NCBI RefSeq assembly: GCF_003704095.1
Contig: NW_020845264.1
Location: forward strand, 558,001 to 622,000
DNA from: Pocillopora damicornis
Taxonomy: Eukaryota
Length of the DNA stretch: 64,000 nt
Direction of reading: 5' to 3'
Part shown: one piece after another, positions 12,201-24,222 of the stretch
Layout of the letters: each line of letters begins with the position of its first letter
How positions within the stretch are numbered: the stretch's first letter is position 1
Position numbers and translations under genes: made by a program
The notes under the pieces: generated by a model
The model's input: the letters and a program-made list of their open reading frames with translations, nothing else
The model's database searches: none
Told to the model about the DNA's origin: nothing

Positions 12201-15200
12201 CTTTTAAACAAACTTATTTTACCAAGGGAAGAAAAATTTAATTCCAGTCACAACCTTTTCCTTAAGTTTTAGTTAAATTACCTCTAAGATTAAGTCTACA
12301 GTTTCAATATCAGCACATGCCACTGCTACATGGAGGCAGGTTCTCCAGTTCAGGTCTTTATATTTCAGCGAAAAACCGCGTTCCAAGAAATATCTGACAG
12401 CATTGTGTTGGCTTCGTTTCACAGCACACATTAAGGGAGACGGGGTGCAGCTATCTGCGACTGGATAGAGCCTAGCTCCCTATCAGCAGCAAAAGGTTAA
12501 AATGGCACAAATGTATGAGTAAGAGTGACCATTCATGTATCAAAATTCAAAATAACTGTAAGAAATATGACCACAGGAGAAGAAAATGTTACGAGTGATC
12601 TAGTTGCGAGTGCTCTTAGTTTCGGTCAGATGAGGGAAGTACCGGGAGATTCAGGAAATTTATAAGCGAAATGAAGTAAAAACCAGAGAAACTCATGGTT
12701 CGGTTATCAAAATAAATGTTCAAAATTCCAAGAGGATCATTAAAAAGCTTGGAACAAACTGTTACTGAGTAGTAGTTATCAGGGAGCTAGGATATCATTA
12801 ACAATAATAACACTTTGATACTTGTGCAAGAAGAAATTCGATGATTGGGACGTGCCCTCCAAGTGAAGCCCTGAAGAGAAAGTAATAATTAATATAGTGA
12901 ATACATGTGTGGAAAACGGGGGTAAAATGGTGTAAGGCTTACAATGTTTTATGCATCAAGAAAACCCAGCCACCAAGAGCACAACTTCGCACGAATGTTA
13001 GCAGTTGTCAGTCTCGTAATGCACTTAATTTAACCGAGGTATAGTCCTAAATAAAGAATAGCAGGGACCAGATCCGCTGAAACTCTTTCTCAGGCTCTCT
13101 CTTCTTCCCGCCCCTTCGAGCGAAGAAGAGAAAAAAACTGAGAACAAAGTTGAATTTGATCCTGGTCAAGCAACCAATTAGGAATTGGGCCACTTTCGAT
13201 TGATCCATGCACTAACTCAGGGAAAGGACAGAGAGGTATTTTCATTACCTCAACAAAGGTGTTAAGCCGTTACCGTCTTCACTTTCAATCTTAGCACCTT
13301 GTTGAACCAACAGCTTTGTAATTTCTAGGTCTCCATGACTACAAGCTAAGTGGATCGGAGTGGAAAAATCATCCTGAAATAAATTGTATGAAACAATCAG
13401 AGTCTCAGCTGCAAAACAATTTCGGTAGTCATCTATGATCCAAAAAAGGATTTATCTTTTCAAATGAAAGTTTTTTGTACGCTGAGAAGTTTTTATTCTT
13501 TTTTCAATTTTTTATCTTCCTCGTCTGTGTTTTAGGTTGAAATTTCTCAAAAATGTTTTACAGATGATCTCGTTAAGTTCACCAAAGGTAATTTCTAAAT
13601 TTATGGTATTGTTATTAAATATGGCCTCTCTCCAGGCGTTGAATTAACAAACATTAATGTTTGTTTCCTTTCACTATCATACACTTTATATATGATCCCG
13701 AGGTAGACAGTTGGTTCTGTTTTCCTCGACTTCGTCTCAGGAAACATCAGGACTCTCGGGAAAACAAAACTGACCAGTTTCCCGGAGGACCAACTATTAA
13801 GTACTTTGTCATATATTTAGACTTTCTCTTAAACAATCACACGTGACCAAGAATCAACCAATCACAGTGCTGGTTTTGTTTTGTGAAAGTCTAGGTATAA
13901 AACAATTTCCCATGTTGGTTCTATCGCGCTGTTATGGACCACTGTTATTGAACGCTTGGAAAAGGCCATGCTAAATATGGAATAAGTTCAATACAATTAT
14001 GTACATTTCTACCTGTGCTGTACTTATGTCAGCCCCAGACCCCAAACATAACTCCACGATCTGCAGAAAAGATCAAATGTATATCAAGTTCTAAAAGCAA
14101 AGAAGGGGTAAAACTCATGATTAAATTGTTGCCCTCTGAAAACAAATCTAATTGGTCATAGGTAATTTGTTTTCTGACGAGTAATTGCTCTGATCAATTT
14201 CTAAAATTAAGTTAGAGTGACAATTATCTGTACCGACCTCTCTGTGTCCATGTTTTATCGCTAGGTGCAAGCAGACGTTTCCGTAACAATCAGGACTGTT
14301 TAACAGTGTCTTTGTAGACAAACCACCACTTTTGGCTGGGGAGAAAAAATACACTCTATAATATTTTGATTTTCACTGCATGTTAGGGTAGTTCCCGACT
14401 AAATTTGGTTAAAATCCATTTTCAGATCTACTCCACATCGTTTCCTTTCACATTCGACTTTGTGAAATGTTACCTTTTTTGAGGATCTCCTTGAAGGAAT
14501 CCACGTGACCTTCACGTGCCGCAAGGTGTAGCGGTGTGTACCCGTCATTGTCCCTACGAGCCACGTCTGCTCCGTAGAACACCTAAGAAGTAACAAGGTT
14601 CAGGGAACCTGATTAGAAATCGTATATTGTGCTGTCAAGCCAACGAGAGACGACTGAGATGTGCTGAATAGCATTTCTCTCCAGTGATTCCTGCAGTCAC
14701 CCTCTCACCCGAGAAAAAACTGCCGCGTTTGAACCTTGAGGTTTCAACGGGCTTGAACGCAGTAAATAACCCTTAAACTTTGGCCAGTAAAGTCAATTTT
14801 CTCTAGAAAAATGCACTTTTCAATAAATGATTGCGATAAATTTCAACCCTCACCAGTTTCCTAATGACTTCAATCTGGCCGGCCTGTGCTGCAGTGTGCA
14901 GTGGAGTGGCTTTGTCGTTATCTTCGTGGTCTACATCAGCTTCTCCTTCATTTAGCAGAACCTGAATAATCCAAGTAAGAAGAAAACCGTCTTAAAATAA
15001 CTGTGCAACTTTTCTATATGTTTTTTGCCATTGTAATCACCCTGACTTAACACCGGTAATGGAAAAGATGGGTTGTTTTTCCATCCTTGACATCATGTCA
15101 TGCCTTTTGGCTCACTTGTTCTCATTCCCTCATTTTCATTTAATTTACTATTTTTTTAAAACTATTTTAAGTACTGATTTTACTTTTAATCTACTTAACA

Positions 15201-18200
15201 TGCTATAGCTGTTTACCTCAAGAACACGTGTATGTCCTTTCCGTGCAGCATAATGCAAAGGTGACTGACCGTTGCAGGTTTTCTTCGTTATTTGGGCGCC
15301 ATTTTGAATGAGAACTCGGCAAGCATCGAACGAGTCAAACTTGCTAGCGCATATTAGCGGTGTCACGTACATACAATTCTTAGTGGCCGGGATGTCAATA
15401 TCTGTATGAAGAAGTCACATGATTAGTTTCATGTCTCCTTTTCGAAAAAGACAGTAGCTGGTTGTACAAGAACAAGTCAATATCGACCAATATACTTTTT
15501 TAAACCAAGGAGGGTGTAAATAATATTTAATTCTGAGACTGTTGCGGCGCTACTGCGTAGTTCAAGGGAAAAGTTTCCATTTCCGATTTTCAACCAAAAA
15601 GTTACGATTTTTTGTGACACGCAGAGCTGACGGAATAGTACATTATTTAAACAAGTTGACTCTTTTTGGAAACCGACCGTCGTAGTTTTTTGCCGTTCGC
15701 TCTACCTCCCCCTCCACCGTGACTGCAACCTTGCACCAAAATTTCAACATTGTTTAGGACCCGGTTACAGTGAGCTCACTTCAGTACAAACTTGCATTTT
15801 GCCATCAGCACAATGATGCAAACCTTAAAACTTATCCCTCACCAGCTCCAGCTTTAAGAAGCAATTTCATAATTTGTACGAAGTTTCCTCTGGCCGCATG
15901 ATGAAGAGGTGCCATTCCATCTTTGTCGTATTCATTACAAACCGAAGGATTTACTCTGATCAGCCTCTCAACTACAGTAGCCAGGCCATCTCTGCATGCC
16001 TAGGATTATCACAATAACGCACTTTGATATCAACGTAAGTGACGGTTGATTTTAAATTTATTGATATTTAATTCAAGGCTAAATATCTAGCGGAGACAGT
16101 TTGAAGCCACAAAGCTAAAATAGTCAGTGCAACCAGCCAAATAACATTTTACTGGTCACATGATGTGATTCATCATCTGCTTCCTCCTTAAACCCTCTTT
16201 TAGCTTAAGTGATCAAAAAGAAGCTCTGATTGGTCGGGAATAACGTTATTTTTAACCACACTTAATTATTATGAGGTGATTTCTCTAATAGGTTCAGCTG
16301 GAGTTATTCCTCGAGGGGCATTGGAAAGGAAGTTATAATCAGTGAAATAGGAAATTGAATCGTGTTTCATGAGGTACACAATATCATTGCGGAAAATTTC
16401 CCTGATATAATAAATAAAAGTCAAGGGTAGGTCTGCAATTCTTGTTGCCTCAATATAACACGAAAAACATGGTCTGCTAAAATGGAATTTTCATTTGAAT
16501 TTCCTTTTTTCAGCTAAGACGAAATTGATAATATTTGTATTTTGAAGAAGAGCTTTCTTTTGTAAAACATTCAACGATATACCCGCATAACGTTATTTGT
16601 CCATTTTTTTTCATCGCAAACAGTGCAGAACAAAGTTAAAATATACATAGATAGCTTTATGATGCAATTTGGAATACATAAACAGTTGCAAATTTTTCGA
16701 AGATTTCAAATTACCTTCCCTCACTCTACGGGCTTGAGCAACTATTTCACTCTTTTAAAAATTTGCTAGCTCTTATTTAGTCCAAATAGCAGTCCAGATC
16801 ATTTTATCATATGAACAAATTACATTGATTTAAGACCAAATAGCAAAGTGAATATCAAAATTCTAATCGCCAGGAGTTTTCCTATTGTCAACTGGTATAA
16901 TCGAATGAAACGTGAACTTCACAGGATTTATGTTTAGCTCAAAATTAGTCACTTTCTTTAAATTAAAAAGGTTAAGCTCAACAAAAAAAGATGTTTACAA
17001 TTTTAAGTACCTGGGCGCATGATGACAGGTCGCTAAAAATAAAGTACCTGAACGAAATTTATCAACAGTAAATAAATTAACTTGCATGGGAAATGACGAC
17101 GCAAAATTTAAGATTTTTCATTGAGTAGAGAAACAAGATAATCATATGGAAAAATGGATTCCTCAGTCACACAAAGTCAGACTAGTGATATCTCTACCGG
17201 AATCCATCTTTTATTTCCATCTAAAACTTAAAAATTGAAAAAAGGGGGTAATTTTGTATAGAAACTATGGTGCTGCGTCGGTGGGAGAGTGTTAACAATT
17301 AAAAAGCTATTTCATTTTATACTGGTAGTGATAAAATACCAGCTCTTTATAATTTTAAAACAATCCTCTGTCAGTTTTATGTCATTTACAGCTGAATTTA
17401 AGAAAGGTGGAGGCTTGTTGATGTCCACGTAGTCTCATTTCTCTTACTTAAGTCTTCAATTCCTTTAAGTGGCTCTAAAATCGAGGCCTGAGTTCGGAAG
17501 ATCATGCATCCTTTGCAACAAGGAAATTTCGTTTACAATGTTCAATTTTAAGTCAGATGGTCCCTTATACACTTCCATCGACAATATTGCAAATCGATAA
17601 AGAGTTAATTAAATAAGTTGCATTAGACATTTAAAAAAATTACGACGAGAGCAGTTCCAACCACATTCAATGAAATAGATGGTGCAAAAGCATTTTTTAT
17701 GAGAATCAAAGGTCTCCAACAAAGTGTGCGTTTTATGATTTCGGAGCTCATGAATAACTTAATGAGTTTCCTTAGCTGCCGAAATGAGTTCATCTACCTG
17801 ATTAACAACAAGCGAGCCGCCGGATAACCATCAAAATTTGCAACTATCAATCAGGGAAAAAATACTTAATGTTATTGTGTTTCAGCACAATAATCGTGTA
17901 TTAATTAGGAAATCTGGATCATGTTGTTGTTTGTTTTAATATGATTAAGTCAAGAAACCCGCGAAGAGACCTTAGTGCCTAACTGAGTATCAATTTGATT
18001 CATTTCAACAGGCCAGAGATTTATGTTGAACAGTGGCCTCAGAATCCATATCTTTTGAAATAAATTGAATAGGAAATATAGTAAATTGGATGGAAAATCT
18101 CTTACAGTAGTCAGTCTTACATTCTAACCTCATTTGTGATGAACAATTGTCTGTTTTCTCTCAAATGCAATCTCTAACAAACGCGTTTGAATCTTCTTCT

Positions 18201-19337
18201 TTACCATTGTCTAAAGAAAAATCCTCATCAAATATGAAATTTATTACATTTTGGCAACCTCACTCCTGGCGATTATAAAAATAATTTCGGTGAAATTGAA
18301 AAGGTGACAATTATACCATTCATTCCTTTTTTAAGTAAGTAACATATATAAAACAAAAATATATGTTGCCATTAAAAGATGTACTGATGACGTGCATTGT
18401 AAAATGTGTTAGACTTTCGTAGGCCATAGGAATCCTCCACATGCTAAGATGCAGCTGTCGCTAGAGGATAACACTCTTTTGAAAGCTGAATCATACTGAG
18501 ACAAAGAACCCCTTGAATAGCACACAATTAATTTGAGATAAGTTGTAAAGGTAGTGCCTTTCTAGCTGATAGCATTTGAATTTAATAGGGTGCTTTTTTT
18601 GCTGTTGTTAAAGACAGTTACAGAAATTACCAACTGTTGCCTTTGTGGGTTTTCTGACTTCGAAGTCAAAACAACCACCTATCGCACTCAAAGAGCGCTT
18701 GTCGATAACAAAATTATTTGATATTCCCATCGAGAGTATTGTCATTTTTATAATGTAATAAATGCACTTGAGTGGGGCTGTCTGTTTTTGGCGTTGTCAC
18801 TCATGTGTGCACCGCAATCGATGGAAAGTGATTTCACATGCCCTATATTTAATTGCTCTGAGATGAAAAAAACAAATCGAAGACTCCTAGATATTGTAAT
18901 GGCTGAAATTTTTAAACATTTTGACAAGAAGGGTTTTGAGTAACAAACACATAAAATAAATACATTTTAATTTTCAGCGTATGTAATTAAGAAAAATCTT
19001 TTTACTATCAAGTAACATCATTTTTCCTCCCTCATAGAGACTATGTATTTGTTAGCAAACATGCATTTCCAAACTTTTATTGAAACTGATTTCTTGAATC
19101 CCCCTGACATCTAGACATTTAAAGTTAAAGTCAATTCATTACCTGATGTAGGCTGATCCGCTTGCATGGGTTTCGCTCCACAGTTTCATCAATGCTTTGC
19201 TGAAGAGAATTTTCGTTCGTTGAATTATCAGATATTCTTCGCGAAGTTCTTCCACTTAGAAGGGATTTGCGCAGAGACATGTCTTGATCATCCGTGATCA
19301 GTCCTTCCAATTTAATGTACTCCGGATCTTCTATCAT
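3265..19337 (-). CDS. TRPA1: TRPA1-like transient receptor potential channel (17 ankyrin repeats, 6 TM, C-terminal coiled coil), about 1085 aa, 29 exons
   Basis: GT-AG exons splice in frame, approx: 19337-19143, 15999-15843, 15401-15217, 14961-14854, 14582-14474, 14335-14237, 14060-14013, 13374-13249, 12871-12822, 12479-12282, 12014-11931, 10804-10722, 10328-10166, 9967-9856, 9365-9195, 9082-8998, 8323-8264, 8178-8098, 7665-7594, 7342-7240, 6827-6729, 6619-6450, 5721-5661, 5379-5311, 5026-4853, 4530-4462, 4007-3888, 3776-3661, 3354-3265. Ankyrin cores include [27 protein letters not shown] and [10 protein letters not shown]. Pre-S1 [17 protein letters not shown]6/TRP-like [25 protein letters not shown] is diagnostic of TRPA. 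Exact orthology among cnidarian TRPA paralogues is not determined. Confidence 0.93.
5099..5283 (+). mobile_element. tRNA-derived SINE (degenerate) in a TRPA intron
   Basis: A-box-like agctcggttgag and B-box GGTTCAAATCC in a tRNA-like head, then the hairpin gcctga-tttttttttt-tcaggc and a non-tRNA body. There is no complete cloverleaf, so it is not a tRNA gene. Confidence 0.7.
5997..6210 (-). mobile_element. Older copy of the Penelope-like hammerhead-bearing inverted element
   Basis: Shares the tail (gtaagtttctaaagaaactgtg...gcgtcggtgggagagtata) and the inverted core with 48171-48422. The minus strand at 6113-6086 reads CTGAAGA-A-GGGT-TAAC-GCTC-GAAAC-GTC. Confidence 0.75.
7867..7999. mobile_element. 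Small MITE with CAG(A/T)GGCGGATC terminal inverted repeats
   Basis: Starts cagaggcggatccag and ends ctagatccgccactg. 133 bp, non-coding, no clear TSD. Confidence 0.65.
8768..8982 (+). mobile_element. TTAA-CCC-ended MITE (piggyBac-like ends), copy 1
   Basis: Near-identical to 31655-31865 (caccctaacatcagtatgcatattctccat...gtaaggagaaattagatgctaatcactcttagggg) and to the reverse complement of 41177-41365. Confidence 0.8.
10851..11621. mobile_element. Foldback-type non-autonomous DNA transposon, TIRs of at least 130 bp, 8-bp TSD GTTCTCAC
   Basis: GTTCTCAC at 10843-10850 and 11622-11629. The TIRs are built from repeated CTCGCCACCAA motifs mirrored as TTGGTGGCGAG. No transposase. It lies in the TRPA intron 10805-11930. 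Confidence 0.9.
11004..11205 (+). repeat. 68-bp tandem repeat (about 3 units) inside the foldback element
   Basis: Unit gataagtttgttcgcttgtctgtactcaaactttataaacgtatgttgtcgaaagcacgttcgaaacc, with starts at 11060, 11128 and 11196 (partial) plus a truncated unit before 11060. Confidence 0.9.
13690..13905. repeat. Dispersed repeat with an internal imperfect hairpin
   Basis: cagttggttctgttttcctcga is approximately complementary to tcgggaaaacaaaactgaccag downstream. Intronic and non-coding. Confidence 0.45.
17243..17296 (-). mobile_element. Tail fragment of the Penelope-like family
   Basis: gggggtaattttgtatagaaactatggtgctgcgtcggtgggagagtg matches the reverse complement of 48372-48418. Confidence 0.7.
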
Positions 19338-20504
19338 TTTGCCGTTGGTAATGTCCGCCCGGGAGATAAATTATCGGACCAAGCTTTGTTTTGCAAACGT
19401 CACGAGTTATTTTGCGGCCTGTGGTTGGTCCATGAGGCTTACAAATAAAGAAGAATTAAAATTACTGTGGAAATTGTCTGTGAGAGCAGGGGTGCCATAA
19501 TTTGAATTATAAGTTCACCTCAATTTCCATAACAATTGGGACTGATCTCAAAAAATTACTTACTTTTAATGATTCTACAGAAATCAGTTTGTAATAAAAC
19601 TTCAGAATTTCAAAACTAATTACTTTTTTTGTGAGAGTGACGGTTTTAAAAGCATTCCCCTCGGCTCATAAAATTTGAAACAGAAGGTATTATTTACCTA
19701 TTTTGCTGCACGTACCGTATTGCGTTGACGAAAACGAACCGCACATCAAACATCGCTTCATCAAAATCAAGAAAATGGCCCGCGTGTCTAAGATATTGAT
19801 CTTATTTCCGTTTCTCATCGAAACTTATTTCCGTTTCTCAAATAATTTATCAGGTACTATATACTAGGCTTTATTGATGAGAAAAATGACTTCTTTTGAA
19901 CAATAAATGCCGTTTGTCTTTTCCATTGGCATAATGTCCCTTAAGACTGTTCAAGATCTCTAGTAGCCTTTCATGAGCATATAAAATTCAACTTTCGTGA
20001 AAATTATTATTTTGTTGATTAATCGAAGTGTTCCAAGCCAAGTGGGAATCTTAAAAATTACATATTTTTTTTTCATCACACCTGTCACGTCGAGTAGCGC
20101 TGATTTGCAAGATATGGAATCTGACGTACTTTTTAGTGATAAATACCGACCTACCTTAATATTATGGCCTCAGGTGCGGTCTGTGTATTAGGAAAACAAA
20201 AACACAGCTCTCACTAGCGAGTTTAAGATATCCTCAGAGGAAATCCTCTCTTTTCTTTTCTAAAGTATGTTTCCGTCAAGCTATGGCAAAGTTAATGGAT
20301 TTTTTTAATCCCTGGTTTGACTTTTAAAATGAACGCTATTTGTGATGCCCGCACCAACCAATAAAATTTAAGCCCTATCTACTCAATTAAAAGCAAACGT
20401 TCACTTTCGTGGACATGTCGCGAAAAATGCTTGGTCATTCACATCTCATTTCCTAAAATAAACTGATCTTTTATCATACAATACCCCGACAGGTATGCCA
20501 CAAA

Positions 20505-20951
20505 ATGAAGGTTCTAGCCGGCATTGTGACTTATCTATTGTACCACTTATCGCCGTTAATTAATTGCTGTTTGTGTTGAATCAGTCAAAAACGGAATAAT
20601 TTATGTAAGTTTTCCGTAGAAGTTATGTGCACTCAGTATTTCCTAAAGGATTGACGAGTTATTTTGAATAACACCTGACCTTGCTTTTGTTGCAGTCAGA
20701 AAATTCTGTTGCCAACTCAAGGATAAGAACTGAACTGAAAAGAGAGCTGGGTTCTACACACCCTCACAGAATCAATTTCTATCCAGAATGTAAATCTGTG
20801 TTTTATTTTGTTTTTAAACGTTTTCAATTTCAAGTTTCAAATATGTGTCTCAGCTGACTTCGAGGTATTTTCGTCAAACCTATTATGGAGGTGGATATCA
20901 AATAGTAATGACTTTTTTTGCACATCCACCATCACGTCACAATACCGATAA
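20505..20951 (+). pseudogene. Frameshifted three-exon gene for a small secreted protein (about 95 aa if repaired)
   Basis: Exons 20505-20604, 20696-20789 and 20854-20951 have canonical GT-AG sites. Removing one 4-bp unit from TTAATTAATT (20556-20565) gives MKVLAGIVTYLLYHLSPLIAVCVES-VKNGIIY|SENSVANSRIRTELKRELGSTHPHRINFYPE|SDFEVFSSNLLWRWISNSNDFFCTSTITSQYR* with matching intron phases. Confidence 0.4.
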
Positions 20952-21863
20952 TTATCAAGTTGCGGCAAACCATACAGAAAATCATTATAACTCATTGAAA
21001 GCGAAAGTAAACAGAAAAGGAATATCACAGCGCAAGGCTTGCTTTCTGTTTTTTTTTTAAGTTTATTTTGCTGTTATTACAAAAGGTGGGCGAGTTAAAA
21101 GATTTAAAAGCGAATGTAAATTTAACCAAATCTCACTTATTTCTCCTTTATACGTTTACTTCTACCTGAAGGTAATTGACGTAAATAATCTTAATACATC
21201 ACTCCAGCAAACAGGGCCTGAAAAAGACAATGTGAAGTTATCATCAAGAGGGTGCACGTGATATAAAATCAAATTCTCTAACTTATCTCACAGGGAAACG
21301 TCAACGCCTGGCTCTTAAATGGGAGAATTACTTTTCAGATATTTGAAGTTGATGGAACTGCATCGCAATAGCCTCCGTCGTCGGCTGATATGCAACATAT
21401 CTTTCAGCCAGAGATGCTGATTTAGATTTGTAGTAAACAAAAATGCCAAAAGAGGAAAATGGGTCATAAAGAAACGGATGGTGAAATGTGGAGAAATGGA
21501 CATAGCATGGATTGGAAAAGACAGACGTGAAAGCTTGATGCTGGATTTATAAAGATATGTAAACCATTATGTAACAGGTAAAGCATTGAGTTTAGTTTAC
21601 GGACTGAGAATTCTTAACGAGAGTCCGGTGTAAAAATACTATTTGTGTCGAAGGAAATGATGATACATCTCCTTACACAAATGAATTAAAAAGGAGCCTA
21701 GAATCATATTCATAGTTCTTGGTCTAGGATTCCGACCGATCAGTACACGCTAAGAGCGCGCGCTGGTCAAACATTTCACAGTATTTATGACGCATGCATC
21801 TTACGTACGCATACGTTTAGTTTCACATAATCAAAATATAATTCACCTGAAATCACCTTAGAA

Positions 21864-23317
21864 ATGTCGTTTGCAACTAGAAATACTTGCATATGCAGCA
21901 GCTGTTTTAAAAGACAGCACGAAATTATTGTTAATGACCAACGGCATGCTAAAAGCGGGAAGAGGTGTGTCATCAAGCCATGGACACCTTCCTCAGCCAA
22001 AGAAATTGAGAAAAATGTTTGGAAAGTGTATCAAGAAAAGTTGAAACTTCAAGCTACCCGTGGATGCCAGCGATTAGGTAAAAAATCAATCGACTACATT
22101 GAGGTTGTCCGCAAAATTTGTCCTTCAGAGATATTTGTGGAAAAACCAACCAGTGCTAACAGCCGGTCTTTGATTCTGGATGTGAACTGCCAGAACTTTT
22201 GGGATTTTGTCTATGGGCAGTCATGGAAAGGAAGAGTAAGAGTTTGCGAAGGAGAGCTGATGTATAAACTGAGAGAGACACTGAAAATGCTTGTTAGTCA
22301 GGAAAAAATTACATATTTTACTGTAACAAGGATGTTTACAAACCACGAATACATCGTCCCCAAGGTAAAGGTATCTAGTATTTGTCTTTGATAAATTACC
22401 TTAACATGATACTTTAATTGGTGCTGTTGTATCAACGTCATTTGTTTAGGGTGACTGAAACCATGCCAGCTGCACATAAGGACCTAAATTTGACGATAAT
22501 TTATTCCCCTGCATATGATTTTCGAAAAGACATCAGGCAATTCCATGGTGTCCAGGTAGGCACATCTTGATGCGAGTGAGCAAGAAGTTTATCACCCACT
22601 TTTAACTAATATCACTCTGATTGCCCATAGAAAACTGCATTGCAGTGATGTTAATATCCCTGATACAATTACACTACGTGAAGCTTTCTCTGTCACGGTG
22701 TCTTAAATCATCTTATACCTGAATCTGTTTTCCTATTAAGTTAGTTGTTTCTTTATGCGTTAAAACGTATATCAAATTAGTCCCCAGGGCTTGTAGTACG
22801 AGTGGAACAAACTTATTATGGAGGCGTACCAAAGAAGACAAAGAAAACAGTTAGATGGAACTTGGTTCCAGATAGCACGTTTACACCGCGCCTGAAATGT
22901 GTATCACCCATTCTTAAAAATGCATGGGACAAAACTGCAACTCCTTTCCCTAAAAGTAAAGCCCCACATGTCAAACGTTCCGATATGGAAAATGAGCCCA
23001 CGTTGCGCCGATTTTCAACCAACGGAAACGAGCCCGAGAGAATGTTTAATTTAAGCGCAACTTTCGCAAAAGGAGACTTTGCGACAATTTGCCTCCAAGC
23101 TACTGAGCATTTTATAGTTGTGAGAGAAATGGTCACTAATAGTAGAACCATGAATTCGTCAACGTCGTTCACGTTCAGAAGAAAGGAGAATTTATGTGGA
23201 ACAAGCAAGATTGCTAAGACAATGAATGATTTCTACACTTCTGAAACCCTTGCTGAAAATTTCGCTAAAACACCGGAGTTTAAACCAAGTACTCCTCTGC
23301 TGGAGATGAAAATTTAA
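21864..23317 (+). CDS. Hypothetical protein (about 345 aa); N-terminal globular Cys-containing region and basic S/T-rich tail
   Basis: ORF 21864 ends at donor AAG|gtaaag (22364). Acceptor tag|TCC at 22781 continues in frame into ORF 22802-23317. A further exon-like block at 22450-22555 is one base out of phase. Confidence 0.65.
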
Positions 23318-24222
23318 TCTGTGATTAGAAGAAAATTTGCCTATAATCACAAGAATAGTGCCAGAGTTACTAAATGTTCCTTATTTTTGAACTTCAATAA
23401 AGTTCGTCGATCGAACTAAAAAATGCTATCGAAACAATCGTTAACGACAAAATTAACCTTGTGATATTTTAATTCCATTGCAAAGGGCTTGATAATTTCT
23501 CATCCATGTCTTCACCTGCAATTTCTGTAGCCTAAACGTTTAAAACTAAGTAAAACCCTAAGCAAAATATTGACCTGTAGTAAGTTTCTTCCTTTCAGTT
23601 GTGTGAAACTCCAGATTTGTAATTAATTAAGTAATTATCAAAGGTTTTTTTTCTTGGTCTCACGTTTGTACTCGACGATGACGGCATGGAAATTTGACAT
23701 GCTAAGAAAATCTGTCAGATGTAGGACGTGCCTCAATTATTATTTATCACCTAAGAATGAGAAAATGGTGTCGAAATAAAAGCTTTCATCGCTTCTATAT
23801 CACGTTGACGTCTTTTGTTATGCATGACTAGAATTTAACATCCATACGTCGTACAACTGATTCGGAAAAAAACGATTTTAAAATTTCTTTATTGGCCACA
23901 GCGAAGGCAGCATATACTCAATGAAATTTATTTAATTAACACTCGTGGATTTTCAGTTTTACTTTTTTAGTGCGTAATATAATTTATTGTCTAGGAAAAC
24001 AACAAATTGGAAATTTCATTGGGCGAAGGTTTTTCCTATTCACAACGATCCTTTGTGGTCAAATTGTTAGGAAAGTGGAGACAGGTGTAAATGTTTTATC
24101 ACTTGGTTGGGAAAGTTCTACGAGCCACAGCGCTAATTAAAGCTCTTTAAAGCAGCAAGTAAACGTAAACTGCGGTCACTCGTAGCATACTAGTGGTTAG
24201 TACTTGAAGCTCTTGTAAAGAC

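Noticed and set aside
19801-19840. Short direct duplications (cttatttccgtttctca twice here; aagaaaattacataac twice near 31448-31482)
   Set aside because: Ordinary slippage duplications with no further structure.
20874-22822. QTYYGG / caaacYtattatggagg shared by ORFs 20845 and 22802, suggesting tandem paralogues
   Set aside because: The similarity does not extend on either side, and the spliced model uses a different frame at 20874. Treated as chance.
22816-23208. 130-aa minus-strand ORF
   Set aside because: Antisense shadow of the plus-strand coding exon.
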